A DNA stretch of 64,000 nucleotides from an uncultured Veillonella sp. (GTDB lineage Bacteria > Bacillota > Negativicutes > Veillonellales > Veillonellaceae): NCBI GenBank assembly GCA_963518505.1, contig CAUQIT010000012.1, positions 6,858 through 70,857 of the forward strand, in the 5' to 3' direction. The notes beneath the pieces are model-generated. The model was given only the letters and a program-made list of their open reading frames with translations. It had not been told where the DNA came from and made no database searches. How positions within the stretch are numbered: the first letter of the stretch is position 1; each line of letters opens with the position of its first letter. Below, piece by piece: positions 9,591-20,792 of this stretch. Both the position numbers and the translations under genes were made by a program.

Positions 9591-10775
9591 TTAAATATGT
9601 TGTCCTTTGATCATATCGTATTCAGACACGCTCACTTGTTGTTTACGTCCAGCAATTTTTAATACTATATATCCCAAGATACCAGATACGATAGAACCAA
9701 CGAAGATACCAACTTTTGCCATTTCTTGTGCTTCTCCTGGAGGGAATGCCAACAAGGATACAAACAAGCTCATGGTAAATCCGATACCACAGCATAAAGC
9801 GATACCATACACATGAACCCAATTGGTTTGAGCTGGCATTTCCACGAGCTTAGATTTCACTAGCAAGAACAAGGTGCCAAATACACCTACTTGTTTACCA
9901 AGTACTAAGCCTACTGCTACACCCAATACAACCGGGTGAGCAAAGCTTTCTAAGGTAAATCCATGGAAGGATACCCCTGCATTGGCAAAACCAAAGATTG
10001 GAATGATTAAGTAGGTAACCCAGTTACTCAAAGTATGCTCCCATTCAGATAAAGGAGATACATGACGTCCATCACGTATACCATGATATGGAATAAACGC
10101 TGCTAGAATAACGCCCGCTAAGGTAGCATGTAATCCAGACTTAAACACACAGAACCAAAGGCCAAAGCCTAGGGCTAAATACGGAATTGGTCGTGTATAG
10201 TTCATACGGTTTACGTATTGTAACATGAATACGATGATTGCTGCTACGAATAAGTAAAAGAAATTTAACTCCGCTGTATAGAAAAAAGCAATGATAACGA
10301 TAGCCATCAAGTCATCCATAACAGCCAAGGTAGTTAAAAATACTTTCATCGCAATGGGCACTCGATCACCTAAGAGTGAAACGATACCGATGGCAAAGGC
10401 GATATCTGTAGCGGTTGGAATCCCCCAACCATGAATAAATTCTGGATGATAACCGACAATGAAATAATAAATTAAAGCCGGCATTAAAAGACCAAAGAAT
10501 GCAGCAATACCTGGCAAAAATCGTTTTGCATTGGTATTCAATTCTCCTGCAATCATTTCTCGTTTTACTTCAAGGCCTACAAATAAAAAGAAGACCGCCA
10601 TGGCCACGTCATTAATCCATAATTCAATAGATAATGGTCCCAATTTAGCATGAAGTAAAGAGTGATACAAACTTTCTACTGGAGAGTTTGCCAATAGCAC
10701 CCCTACCACAGCAGCTACAAAGAGTAGTACTCCCCCTGCTGATGGTGATGTAAAAAAAGATACAATTCGATTCAT
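9591..10775 (-). CDS. nhaA: Na+/H+ antiporter NhaA
   Basis: Full-length similarity to NhaA, including the TDIAFA and AVMDDL motifs. Confidence 0.92.
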   Translation of the reverse strand: MNRIVSFFTSPSAGGVLLFVAAVVGVLLANSPVESLYHSLLHAKLGPLSIELWINDVAMAVFFLFVGLEVKREMIAGELNTNAKRFLPGIAAFFGLLMPALIYYFIVGYHPEFIHGWGIPTATDIAFAIGIVSLLGDRVPIAMKVFLTTLAVMDDLMAIVIIAFFYTAELNFFYLFVAAIIVFMLQYVNRMNYTRPIPYLALGFGLWFCVFKSGLHATLAGVILAAFIPYHGIRDGRHVSPLSEWEHTLSNWVTYLIIPIFGFANAGVSFHGFTLESFAHPVVLGVAVGLVLGKQVGVFGTLFLLVKSKLVEMPAQTNWVHVYGIALCCGIGFTMSLFVSLLAFPPGEAQEMAKVGIFVGSIVSGILGYIVLKIAGRKQQVSVSEYDMIKGQHI

Positions 10776-10860
10776 ATAATTACCCCTCTACTATGTAATA
10801 TATATCATTGAATAAGTAAACTATGTCTTTTGTTATTATATCACTAATTATATTCTTTAT

Positions 10861-12144
10861 CTATCGAGTTTTTTCTATATTGCACATGTATACAAAATCC
10901 AAACTAGATTTACCAATGTCCTTACGGTGTTGTTGTCCCTCAAAATCAATCATCCCCACACGTTCATAAGCATGTGCTAAGGATTGTTCTAACGTATCTC
11001 CCAATCCTACCACACCTAACACTCGACCGCCTTGTGTTACATAGTGATCCATTTCATATGCTGTACCAGAGTGAAATACCATCGATCTAGTATCCATAGT
11101 ATATACATCACCTGCGATACATCGACCTACCAATGCCTGATATGGATATCCTTCGGATGCTAAGATAACACATGACGCATACTGTTTGGACCACTCCAAG
11201 GTCATTCCCTCTAATTGTCCCGTAGCCGTGGCATACATGATAGCTCCTAGATCACTCTGTAGTAATGGCAATATCACTTGTATTTCTGGATCTCCGAAAC
11301 GAGCATTGAACTCTACTACTTTCGGTCCTTCTTCGGTAAGCATAAGACCTGTATACAAGCAACCCACATAAGGATGACCTTCTTCTGCCATGGCTTTCAC
11401 GATGGGCTTTACTATGGTGTCTACTGTGACTTGCTCCAATGTATCATCCAGTTCTGGCACCGGTGCATAGGCTCCCATACCTCCTGTATTAGGACCTGCA
11501 TCATGGTCTAACAATCGTTTATGATCCCTTGCTCCTATCATGGGCAAGACGTGGGTACCATCCACAAAGGACAACAAGGATACCTCCCGTCCTCGCATAT
11601 GTTCCTCAATTACAACGCATTCATCGGAATTACTCAGCATCTCTTGCAATACTTGTTCTGCTTCTGTGAAAGTCTCACAAATGGTGACACCTTTACCACC
11701 GCATAGGCCATCCCTCTTTAACACAATCGGTACACCCCATTGATGAATGATTCGCTTTCCTGTTTCTATATCTTGGCAGACCTCATACTTTGCTGTAGGA
11801 ATCTCATATCGACGCATTACATCTTTTGCAAACGACTTAGACCCTTCTAATCGAGACGCCTGCTGGGATGGTCCAAATACTGGAATCCCCACGGCTCGAA
11901 TTGCATCACTAAGTCCTTCTACGAGAGGCAATTCAGGTCCTATCACAACCAAATCAATCGTATAGTCCAATAACCAAGCTAATAAGGTGTCTCGGTTCTT
12001 CCAATCTAGGTTGACTATAGTGGCTATCGAAGTCATTCCTGCATTGCCTGGCACTACATAAACATCTGTTACAGAGGGACTGTGATGCAATTTCCAAGCT
12101 AATGCGTGTTCACGACCACCATTGCCAATAATACATACTTTCAT
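10861..12144 (-). CDS. purD: Phosphoribosylamine--glycine ligase
   Basis: Starts MKVCIIGNGGREHALAWKL and shows an ATP-grasp layout. Confidence 0.95.
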   Translation of the reverse strand: MKVCIIGNGGREHALAWKLHHSPSVTDVYVVPGNAGMTSIATIVNLDWKNRDTLLAWLLDYTIDLVVIGPELPLVEGLSDAIRAVGIPVFGPSQQASRLEGSKSFAKDVMRRYEIPTAKYEVCQDIETGKRIIHQWGVPIVLKRDGLCGGKGVTICETFTEAEQVLQEMLSNSDECVVIEEHMRGREVSLLSFVDGTHVLPMIGARDHKRLLDHDAGPNTGGMGAYAPVPELDDTLEQVTVDTIVKPIVKAMAEEGHPYVGCLYTGLMLTEEGPKVVEFNARFGDPEIQVILPLLQSDLGAIMYATATGQLEGMTLEWSKQYASCVILASEGYPYQALVGRCIAGDVYTMDTRSMVFHSGTAYEMDHYVTQGGRVLGVVGLGDTLEQSLAHAYERVGMIDFEGQQHRKDIGKSSLDFVYMCNIEKTR

Positions 12145-12164
12145 AGATGCCTCGCAATATTAAA

Positions 12165-12788
12165 CTATCTTATAGTAGCTTCTTTCTTAATGACAACACG
12201 AGATTCCACGATTTCCAAGGCATCCTCGCAAAATAAGCGCACCGCCTCTGGGTAGATGCGATGCTCTTCATGCAAGATTCGTGTTGATAAAGTATCCACC
12301 GTGTCATCTTCATAGACAGGTACCACCGCCTGCACAATGATAGGCCCCGTATCCATGCCTTCATCTACAAAATGAACGGTACATCCTGTGTATGTTACGC
12401 CTTTTAATAAGGCTTGCTTCTGTGCCTGTAAGCCTGTAAAAGCCGGTAATAAAGAGGGATGAATATTCAAGATTTTTCTTCTGTAGGCTTGCACAAATGT
12501 AGGTGGTAATAGACGCATATACCCAGCTAACAAGATGCCCTCCACTTCATATTCTTGTAACAAATCTAGCATAACTTGTGTCCAGGCTGCTTCAGTACCA
12601 TAGTTGGCAGGATCTGCTATGTGTACAGGAATGTGCCAAGCACGTCCCTTCACCACAATGCCCACATGGGGTCTATCACTAATAATAAGAACGATTTCAC
12701 CCTCTATGTACCCCGCTTCTATAGCCTTATAGATGGCTTCTCCATTAGACCCTCTGCCACTGCCAAATAGAGCCAATCGTTTACCCAT
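12165..12788 (-). CDS. purN: Phosphoribosylglycinamide formyltransferase
   Basis: Carries the GSGRGSN and NIHPSLLP motifs. I prefer the ATG at 12788 (GGTGAGG lies 6 nt upstream) over the TTG at 12803 used by the track. Confidence 0.92.
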   Translation of the reverse strand: MGKRLALFGSGRGSNGEAIYKAIEAGYIEGEIVLIISDRPHVGIVVKGRAWHIPVHIADPANYGTEAAWTQVMLDLLQEYEVEGILLAGYMRLLPPTFVQAYRRKILNIHPSLLPAFTGLQAQKQALLKGVTYTGCTVHFVDEGMDTGPIIVQAVVPVYEDDTVDTLSTRILHEEHRIYPEAVRLFCEDALEIVESRVVIKKEATIR

Positions 12789-13842
12789 GGAATGCCTCAC
12801 CAAGAATCGTCACATCTCCTTGCCCTTCTGTAACAAGTCCAATGGAGTACACCACTTCCCCTTGCTCTTGCAACACTTCTACGACTCGTTCTACTAACTC
12901 TGGCTTCACTACTAGCACCATACCTATGCCCATATTGAAAGTATGATACATTTCTCTCGTTTCCACATGTCCCCATTCTTGTAATAGCTTAAAAATAGGT
13001 GGTACTGGCCACGCATCACTATGAATCGTAACAGATAACCCCTTTGGTAATATGCGAGGAATATTGTCGTAGAAAGATCCTCCTGTTATATGAGCCATCC
13101 CCTTCACTAACTGTTCTTTCAGTAGTGTTAGAATAGGTTTTACATACAGTTTCGTTGGTGTTAATACTTCTTCTCCAATGGTGCAACCTAACTCGTCTAC
13201 ATAGGTATCCAATGGTATTTGTTGTTTTTCTAAGATAATATGGCGCACTAAGGAAAATCCATTGGAGTGTAAGCCTGATGAAGGTAAACCTAGTACCATA
13301 TCTCCTGCCTCGATAGAGGCTCCTGTAATGCATCTGTCCTTATCTACAATCCCCACTGCAAAGCCAGCTAAATCATAATTGCCATCGCCGTAGAAACTAG
13401 ACATTTCCGATGTTTCTCCACCGATTAAAGCACACCCACATTCTTCACAAGCCTCACCAATACCATCGATGATACTTTCAATATGATTATGTTCCAATTT
13501 ACCGACTGCAATGTAGTCTAGAAAAAATAAAGGAGTCGCCCCCTGTGCTACCACATCGTTCACACTCATAGCCACACAATCTTGACCAATCTGGCGATGC
13601 TCATTCATGAGGACGGCAAAGCGAATTTTTGTACCCACTCCATCTGTGCTTGATACTAGCACGGGTTCTTTCATGCTATGGCCTGCTAAAGAATAGAGCC
13701 CACTAAAACCACCTAGAGATCCTAGTACACCCGGTGTATAGGTGCGTTCCACACGGTGTTTAATCTTTTGAATGAGCTGGTTCCCCGCTTCTACATCCAC
13801 GCCAGCATCTAAATAAGTAACAGGTGTATTATCAACAGACAT
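12781..13842 (-). CDS. purM: Phosphoribosylformylglycinamidine cyclo-ligase (AIR synthetase)
   Basis: Carries typical PurM blocks (DGVGTK, GGET). I prefer the ATG at 13842, which has a GGGAGG RBS. The track ORF starts at 13866. Confidence 0.93.
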   Translation of the reverse strand: MSVDNTPVTYLDAGVDVEAGNQLIQKIKHRVERTYTPGVLGSLGGFSGLYSLAGHSMKEPVLVSSTDGVGTKIRFAVLMNEHRQIGQDCVAMSVNDVVAQGATPLFFLDYIAVGKLEHNHIESIIDGIGEACEECGCALIGGETSEMSSFYGDGNYDLAGFAVGIVDKDRCITGASIEAGDMVLGLPSSGLHSNGFSLVRHIILEKQQIPLDTYVDELGCTIGEEVLTPTKLYVKPILTLLKEQLVKGMAHITGGSFYDNIPRILPKGLSVTIHSDAWPVPPIFKLLQEWGHVETREMYHTFNMGIGMVLVVKPELVERVVEVLQEQGEVVYSIGLVTEGQGDVTILGEAFHG

Positions 13843-15406
13843 AAGTACCTCCCTTGGTATACTCATCCCCTACAGGACTTGGATACTCTCCAGTAAAACA
13901 AGCCACACACAAATGCGGTACTTCTAATTGTTTCATAGACTGCATCAATCCTTCATGAGACAAATAATATAAACGATCAACACCAATATATTGACTGATT
14001 TCTTCTATGGAATATCGATGCGCTAGCAACTCTTCTGCATTAGATGTATCGATACCAAAATAGCAAGGATACCGAATAGGTTCAGAAGTTAAACACAAAT
14101 AGATTTCTTTCGCTCCCGCTTGTCGTAACATGGAAACGATATATCGACTTGTGGTGCCTCGTACAATAGAGTCATCAATAAGAACTATGCGTTTACCTTT
14201 CACCACCTCAGGAATAACACTAAACTTGTTACGCACCGCTTCTTCTCGACTAATTTGGTTAGGTTCTATGAAAGTCCGCAATACCTTCGGATTCCGCACT
14301 AATCCTTCCCTATAGGGAATACCAGATTCCTCTGCATATCCCTGAGCAGACAAAGTCCCTGAATTAGGTATGGGCATAACAATATCCGCTTCATATTGTG
14401 TTTCTTTTGCCAACTGACGCCCCATAGCTACCCTTGCCTCTGATACACTTTGCCCATCGATAACGCTAGTAGGATATGCAAAATAGATATATTCAAACAC
14501 GCAAGTATGTTGTTCCACTACCGCCGGTTGTTCTACGCCTGCACTTCCTACATGTACTTGTTTTGTTTTTTCTTTATTTTCTAATCCCTCAACCTCACCT
14601 TGAGAAATAGTTCTACTCTGTATACCACCCTCAGTATTTCGGTAGTCCGAGACTTCATATCTTATACTGGAGTGATACGGTATACTGCAGAAATCTGTTC
14701 CATCAATAAGAATTATTTCACCAGGCCTTACATCACGAATGAAAGTCCCCTCTATAGCGTCTATAGCGCAACTTTCAGAGGCAAGTACATACCCATGGGC
14801 CGTACGCCCTACGCAAAGAGGCCGGTACCCATGAGGATCTCGTACACCTATCAGCATCTCATTGGCAACAATAGCCAACGAAAAGGCACCTTCTAATCGC
14901 GCACAAGCTTGCTGAATAGCACCTAGGATGGTCAATTCATTAGAGCATTTAATCAAATGGACGATGACTTCTGAATCCATTGTGGTCGTAAATACACAGC
15001 CTTGGGTTTCCAACTCACGATGTAACACTTGGGCATTCGTCAAATTCCCATTATGGGCTACTGCGAATGCACCCCACTGCGACTCCCCTACAATAGGTTG
15101 TACATCACAAGGACGCTCTATACCTGTGGTGGAATACCTCACATGCCCAATGCCTATGTGACCTTCTAAAGTAGAAACATCCTGTAAGGCCTCTTTCACG
15201 AGCCCAGGTCCTTTCACCACATCTATCTGTGATTCATGAACCACAGCAATACCTGCTCCCTCTTGTCCTCGGTGCTGTAAGGCCACAAGCCCTTCATATA
15301 TAGTTGTCCCGATGGTAGAGGACTTGTCATAGACTCCAAAGACTCCACATTCCTCACGCCATGTATCTAACACACCATCATATTTCATTATGCCCCCTAG
15401 AGTCAT
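13832..15406 (-). CDS. purF: Amidophosphoribosyltransferase (Ntn-type with propeptide, Fe-S type)
   Basis: Has the EECGVFGV processing site, the PRTase motif VLIDDSIVRGTT and the C-terminal CVACFTGEYP. An alternative start at 15388 has a GGGGG RBS. Confidence 0.93.
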   Translation of the reverse strand: MTLGGIMKYDGVLDTWREECGVFGVYDKSSTIGTTIYEGLVALQHRGQEGAGIAVVHESQIDVVKGPGLVKEALQDVSTLEGHIGIGHVRYSTTGIERPCDVQPIVGESQWGAFAVAHNGNLTNAQVLHRELETQGCVFTTTMDSEVIVHLIKCSNELTILGAIQQACARLEGAFSLAIVANEMLIGVRDPHGYRPLCVGRTAHGYVLASESCAIDAIEGTFIRDVRPGEIILIDGTDFCSIPYHSSIRYEVSDYRNTEGGIQSRTISQGEVEGLENKEKTKQVHVGSAGVEQPAVVEQHTCVFEYIYFAYPTSVIDGQSVSEARVAMGRQLAKETQYEADIVMPIPNSGTLSAQGYAEESGIPYREGLVRNPKVLRTFIEPNQISREEAVRNKFSVIPEVVKGKRIVLIDDSIVRGTTSRYIVSMLRQAGAKEIYLCLTSEPIRYPCYFGIDTSNAEELLAHRYSIEEISQYIGVDRLYYLSHEGLMQSMKQLEVPHLCVACFTGEYPSPVGDEYTKGGTYVC

Positions 15407-15620
15407 ACCCTGCTCATATCGTGCACACGGACAAATTATTAAATGTCAAACTATCTCTATTATAACTTGCTACACAGCTATCTTCAATACAAACTCAGGG
15501 AATCTACAAAAAACGTGGTATACTTAAGATACAAAAAGTCATGTATGGAACGCTAACAAACATACTATAGTATGTAGTGAGAATCCCATTACCATCCTAT
15601 TAACCTAAAGGAGGCTATGT

Positions 15621-18600
15621 ATGCACATATTCCGTCTATTTGCCACTTCTCGTACAACTACGTCACAGGAATCCGAACAATTACGTATGACCTTTGAACA
15701 AGATTTACAGATTCCTCTCACCGGCCTCACAATCTACGAACGATACGACATCTCTGGAATTACAGAATCAGAGTTTAATCATGCCAAAACTCTTATTTTT
15801 TCTGAACCTCCCATAGAAACGACCTGTACTACATTAAACCTGTCCGCCCTAGACCATCCCATTGCTATTGCACCTATGCTAGGTCAATATGACCAGCGTG
15901 CTGATGCTGCAGAGCAATGCCTCTCCATCCTGACTGGTCATGATCATAGTACTGTACGTACTGCACGAGTCTATGTATTAACTGGTCCACTCTCCAAAGT
16001 GCATCTAGATACAGCTCGGCAATACCTTTTACAATCTATCGATACTTGTGAAAGTTCCATGGAGTTACCTACAACGCTGGTCTTAGAAACACCTGTTGTT
16101 CCAGAAACTTCATACATAGAGGAGTTTATCACTCTATCGAAAACGAAATTAGAAGAGCTCCTTCAATCCATGCAATTAGCCATGACCATAGAAGACTTAT
16201 TTTGTATCCAAACATATTTCCAACAGGAACATCGAAATCCAACCATTGCTGAAATTCGTGTATTGGATACCTATTGGTCAGACCATTGTCGTCACACTAC
16301 GTTCAACACTGAACTAACAGAGATTACCTTTGATGAGTCTGCCCTTACCGAGCCAATTCAAAAAACGTATCAAACCTATCTTGAAACAAAACAACAACTG
16401 AATCCATCGAGCAATGTAGCACCCACATTAATGGACATGGCCACAATGGCTATGCAAGAACTCCGTCATCAGGACAAACTAAATCAATTAGATGTGTCGG
16501 ACGAAATCAATGCGTGCACCATCATTGTTCCGGTACAGGTAGATGGTAAAAAAGAAGAATGGCTGTTATTGTTCAAAAACGAAACCCATAATCACCCCAC
16601 TGAAATAGAACCTTTCGGTGGTGCTGCCACTTGTTTAGGTGGCTGTATCCGAGATCCTCTCAGTGGTCGTGCCTATGTATACCAAGCCATGCGTATCACT
16701 GGATCTGGTAACCCTTTAATCGCAAAAGAGCATACTTTGCCCGGTAAATTACCACAATCCTACATCACAACCACAGCTGCCAAAGGTTTTTCTTCCTACG
16801 GCAACCAAATCGGCGTTCCCACTGGGGAAGTACGTGAGTATTACCACGACTCCTACCGTGCTAAACGATTAGAGGTAGGTGCCGTCATCGGTACTGTGCC
16901 ACGATCTCATGTATATCGTAAAAAACCTGTCCCAGGTGATCTTATTATATTGCTAGGTGGTAAGACCGGCCGTGATGGCTGTGGCGGCGCTACGGGATCA
17001 TCTAAAACGCATACGAAAGACTCCCTCTCTACCTGTGGTGCAGAAGTGCAAAAAGGAAATCCTGTTACAGAACGAAAAATTCAACGCCTATTCCGCAACC
17101 AAGAGGTGATACAATGTATCAAGAGATGTAACGACTTTGGAGCAGGCGGTGTAGCCGTTGCTATAGGAGAACTCGCAGATAGCATTCATATATACCTAGA
17201 TGCGATACCTACAAAATACACTGGGATCACTGGAACAGAGCTAGCCATCTCAGAATCCCAAGAAAGAATGGCTTGCATCATTGATCCTAGCCAATGGAAA
17301 CGAATCCAATCCTATTGTGCAGAGGAAAATCTGAACGCCACTATCGTAGGCGAAGTAACAAATACTGGGCGCCTAATGATGGACTTTCGGGGAGAAATTA
17401 TCGTCAATCTACATCGACAATTCTTAGCTACAAATGGAGCTACACAAAGTACTATAGCTCATATCGTATCTCCAAGAGCAAACTATTCTCCTTCGTTTGT
17501 TACGAATCTATCTTCTCTCTCTATAACAACCAAAGCTTCCATAGAAACACGCTTTCATCAAGCCTTGCAAGATTTGAACAGTACCTCGCAAGAGGGATTA
17601 CGAGCTATGTTTGACTCTACGGTAGGTGGAAATACTGTGCTCTTTCCTTTCAGTGGAACCTATTTGAAAACTCCTGTCCAAGGGATGGTAGCAAAACTTC
17701 CTGTGATGCACGGAAGTACCACGACCACAAGTATCATGACCCATGGGTTCGATCCATACCTATCAGAATGGAGTCCCTACCACGGCGCTCAATATGCGGT
17801 ACTCCTTAGCTTAGCAAAGTTAGCCGCTATAGGAGGAGATATCTCTAAGGCCTATCTAAGTTTGCAAGAATATTTTGAAAAGCTCAACAGCCCTGTCTCC
17901 TGGGGCAAAGTCGTTTCTGCTCTATTGGGGGCCTACGAGGCGCAACGCCAATTAGGTGTGACCGCCATTGGTGGCAAAGATTCTATGAGCGGTACATTCC
18001 AAGATCTCCATGTGCCCCCTACTCTCATTTCTTTTGCTGTCACCACCGAGGATATCCATCGTATACTCTCTCCTCACTTTCATGAGGCATACCATCATAT
18101 CCTTTTTTTACATGTACCGGAGCACAGTGATGGAACACCTGATTGGGCAACCTTTACAGCACACTGTACAACCTTGCGTTCCTACAATATCACGCAACAA
18201 GTGTATAGTGCGTATGTAGTAGAACAGGACGGCATAGGTCCTGCTACTGTGAAAGCTTGTCTAGGCAATGCCATTGGCTGTGTCTACCATAAAGACGAAC
18301 TGCAAAGACTAGTTATGGCTGTATCTTCTACGCATAAAAAACGAGAACTAGACCAAACAAGCATAACTCAATCCTGCGCCAATACATCAGAAAATCATAG
18401 TTCCAATGCATCAGAGAATGATAGTCCCCATGCTGCTCTAACTCCTGAAGATATGTTGTTCTACCCCTTCCGTGGTTCCTTCCTCATAGAGGTGGATGCT
18501 GTGACAGCTCAGGCATTAAGGGACTTACCTCACATATACCATATTGGCACTACACAAGAAGACCCTTCTATTGTGATGGGGGATACCACTATCTCATTAG

Positions 18601-19574
18601 ATGACTTAACCAATTCCTATGAAAGCACCTTAGCATCTATCTTTCCTATTTACGCAAAAGAAAAAAACGTCTCAGCAGAAAATTTATCAACACTAGCAAA
18701 GTTTTCCTCAACTAACAATAAAACATTACACACTACAGAACGCAAGCCATATAGTAAGCATCCTCCCATAACTCACCCGAAAGTGCTCATTCCTGTTTTC
18801 CCTGGCACCAATTGTGAATACGAATCTGCACGGGCTTTCACAGAACAGGGTGCCAAGGTAGACACTCTTGTCATTCGCAATCGAAGTAGCCAAGACTTAC
18901 AAGAATCTATACAAGCCTTACAACGCAATATCGACAGTGCTCAAATCGTATATTTCCCTGGTGGGTTCAGTAGTGGCGATGAGCCAGCAGGTTCTGGTAA
19001 ATTCATAGCTACCCTATTTCACAATCCCTACTTACAAGAGTCTCTTGAAAATTTGTTGTACCATCGTGATGGACTAGTCCTTGGCATATGCAATGGATTT
19101 CAGGCTCTCATTAAATTAGGCCTTTTATCCACCGGACATATACAAGAATTAACTGAAAACAGCCCTACCTTAACGTACAATACAATAGGACGTCACATTT
19201 CTACCATAGTCCATACAAAGGTTGTATCCACAAATTCCCCATGGCTCAGTGCTTGCCAAATAGGCGACATCTACACAGTCCCTATTTCTCACGGAGAAGG
19301 CCGTTTCCGTGCATCCTCAGAGCAACTACACGAACTATATGTAAATGGTCAAATAGCTACGCAATACGTAGATCCTTTGGGGAATAGTAGCACCAGTCCA
19401 CGATGGAATCCAAACCAATCCATAGGTGCTGTAGAAGGCTTGCTCAGTCCTGATGGGCGTGTATTTGGAAAAATGGCACACATAGAACGTATCGGATATG
19501 GCGTTCATAAAAACATAGAAGGTCAACTTGTAATGCCGGTCTTTGCATCAGGCGTGCACTACTTTACAGACTAG
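15621..19574 (+). CDS. purL: Phosphoribosylformylglycinamidine synthase, single-chain large form
   Basis: A 1317-aa protein with FGAM synthetase domains and a C-terminal glutaminase (GICNGFQ, HGEGR). An AAAGGAGG RBS precedes the start. Confidence 0.95.
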   Translation: MHIFRLFATSRTTTSQESEQLRMTFEQDLQIPLTGLTIYERYDISGITESEFNHAKTLIFSEPPIETTCTTLNLSALDHPIAIAPMLGQYDQRADAAEQCLSILTGHDHSTVRTARVYVLTGPLSKVHLDTARQYLLQSIDTCESSMELPTTLVLETPVVPETSYIEEFITLSKTKLEELLQSMQLAMTIEDLFCIQTYFQQEHRNPTIAEIRVLDTYWSDHCRHTTFNTELTEITFDESALTEPIQKTYQTYLETKQQLNPSSNVAPTLMDMATMAMQELRHQDKLNQLDVSDEINACTIIVPVQVDGKKEEWLLLFKNETHNHPTEIEPFGGAATCLGGCIRDPLSGRAYVYQAMRITGSGNPLIAKEHTLPGKLPQSYITTTAAKGFSSYGNQIGVPTGEVREYYHDSYRAKRLEVGAVIGTVPRSHVYRKKPVPGDLIILLGGKTGRDGCGGATGSSKTHTKDSLSTCGAEVQKGNPVTERKIQRLFRNQEVIQCIKRCNDFGAGGVAVAIGELADSIHIYLDAIPTKYTGITGTELAISESQERMACIIDPSQWKRIQSYCAEENLNATIVGEVTNTGRLMMDFRGEIIVNLHRQFLATNGATQSTIAHIVSPRANYSPSFVTNLSSLSITTKASIETRFHQALQDLNSTSQEGLRAMFDSTVGGNTVLFPFSGTYLKTPVQGMVAKLPVMHGSTTTTSIMTHGFDPYLSEWSPYHGAQYAVLLSLAKLAAIGGDISKAYLSLQEYFEKLNSPVSWGKVVSALLGAYEAQRQLGVTAIGGKDSMSGTFQDLHVPPTLISFAVTTEDIHRILSPHFHEAYHHILFLHVPEHSDGTPDWATFTAHCTTLRSYNITQQVYSAYVVEQDGIGPATVKACLGNAIGCVYHKDELQRLVMAVSSTHKKRELDQTSITQSCANTSENHSSNASENDSPHAALTPEDMLFYPFRGSFLIEVDAVTAQALRDLPHIYHIGTTQEDPSIVMGDTTISLDDLTNSYESTLASIFPIYAKEKNVSAENLSTLAKFSSTNNKTLHTTERKPYSKHPPITHPKVLIPVFPGTNCEYESARAFTEQGAKVDTLVIRNRSSQDLQESIQALQRNIDSAQIVYFPGGFSSGDEPAGSGKFIATLFHNPYLQESLENLLYHRDGLVLGICNGFQALIKLGLLSTGHIQELTENSPTLTYNTIGRHISTIVHTKVVSTNSPWLSACQIGDIYTVPISHGEGRFRASSEQLHELYVNGQIATQYVDPLGNSSTSPRWNPNQSIGAVEGLLSPDGRVFGKMAHIERIGYGVHKNIEGQLVMPVFASGVHYFTD

Positions 19575-19829
19575 TACACTCATAGAGCTCTTTCACTCAA
19601 TAAGCTGAACCCCAAACTATAAAAAGGACTGACTATTTAAATAGCTAGTGCTAAGAGTCTTTTATATGAAAACCCCACTTTTGACAAAGAGGCTGAAAAA
19701 TACAAATAGAGGAAGATGGAGTAAAGGCATCCATCTTCCTCTATTGTTATATTGCTTGCCGAAAAAAGAGGCTATGACAACATGTAATACACGTATCATA
19801 GCCCTTTCCATATAATCTATGAATTATGA

Positions 19830-20363
19830 TTAACCTACTTCTGGTTCTAACAAACCATATTTACCATCATGTCGACGATATACAACGTTCATGATTTCAG
19901 TATCTTCATTGAAGAACATAAAGAAGTCATGTTCCAATAGATTCATTTGTAAAATCGCTTCTTCCACACTCATAGGACGTACAGTAAAGTTTTTGCGACG
20001 TACCACTTCTAATTCTTTTTCTTCTAGAATTGCTTCCACTGGTGTTACATCTACATGGAATCCAGTTTCTTTACGGAATCGTTTCGCTAACCTTGTTTTA
20101 TGTTTATGGATTTGACGAACAATTTTATCCACTACCAAATCAATGGCAGCGTACATATCTAAATGGCTTTCTACACCACGCAATACTACACTGTCTACAA
20201 AGCATGTTACTTCTACTTTACGCTCTTCTTTTTCCACGGATAATACAACTTGCACTGTCACTGGAGTTTCAAAATAACGAGATAACTTATCTACTCGCTT
20301 TTCAATATATTCACGTAACGCTGCTGTCACTTCAAGATTTTTGCCTCGTACTGTTAATTTCAT
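19830..20363 (-). CDS. hpf: Ribosome hibernation-promoting factor, long form
   Basis: Starts MKLTVRGKNLEVT and has the C-terminal dimerisation domain. The ATG at 20363 is preceded by GAAAGGA. The track ORF starts at 20402. Confidence 0.9.
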   Translation of the reverse strand: MKLTVRGKNLEVTAALREYIEKRVDKLSRYFETPVTVQVVLSVEKEERKVEVTCFVDSVVLRGVESHLDMYAAIDLVVDKIVRQIHKHKTRLAKRFRKETGFHVDVTPVEAILEEKELEVVRRKNFTVRPMSVEEAILQMNLLEHDFFMFFNEDTEIMNVVYRRHDGKYGLLEPEVG

Positions 20364-20539
20364 AGTGCTCATCCTTTCTGTATTACCTATAAATAAGTCC
20401 ATATTTATATAGTTCTACAGAAACCCTCAAAACCCTTTTTTATTTTCAAAAATTTTTTCTAATCTCCCTTTGTTGTACGTTTCCTTTGCCAATATATCTA
20501 CAAAATACACTTAGTACTGCTTTTGCCATTACAAATATA

Positions 20540-20581
20540 AAACAAAAAGCTTAGGATCTCCTACTAGGAATATCCTAAGCC
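20540..20581 (-). terminator. Rho-independent terminator after the cold-shock gene
   Basis: Stem gcttaggat / atcctaagc, followed on the minus strand by TTTTTGTTTT. Confidence 0.6.
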
Positions 20582-20594
20582 TTTTTTGTTTACA

Positions 20595-20792
20595 CTAAGC
20601 TTTATATACGTTAGCCGCTTGAAGACCGCGGTTGCCATCTACGACTTCAAATTCTACTTGTTGTCCTTCGGATAAAGACTTAAAGCCATCTTCTTGGATT
20701 GCAGAAAAATGAACGAATACATCGCTGCCATCTTCTCTTTCAATAAATCCATAACCTTTTTCTGCGCTGAACCATTTTACTTTCCCAAGCAT
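20595..20792 (-). CDS. Cold-shock protein (CspA family)
   Basis: Reads [18 protein letters not shown]...DVFVHFSAI. An AGGAGG RBS precedes the ATG at 20792. The track ORF is extended upstream. Confidence 0.93.
   Translation of the reverse strand: MLGKVKWFSAEKGYGFIEREDGSDVFVHFSAIQEDGFKSLSEGQQVEFEVVDGNRGLQAANVYKA

Noticed and set aside
15407-15620. A purine or ZTP riboswitch in the divergent purF/purL intergenic region
   Set aside because: I could not find the conserved purine-aptamer junction sequences or the ZTP (pfl) motif on either strand. The region probably holds only divergent promoters.
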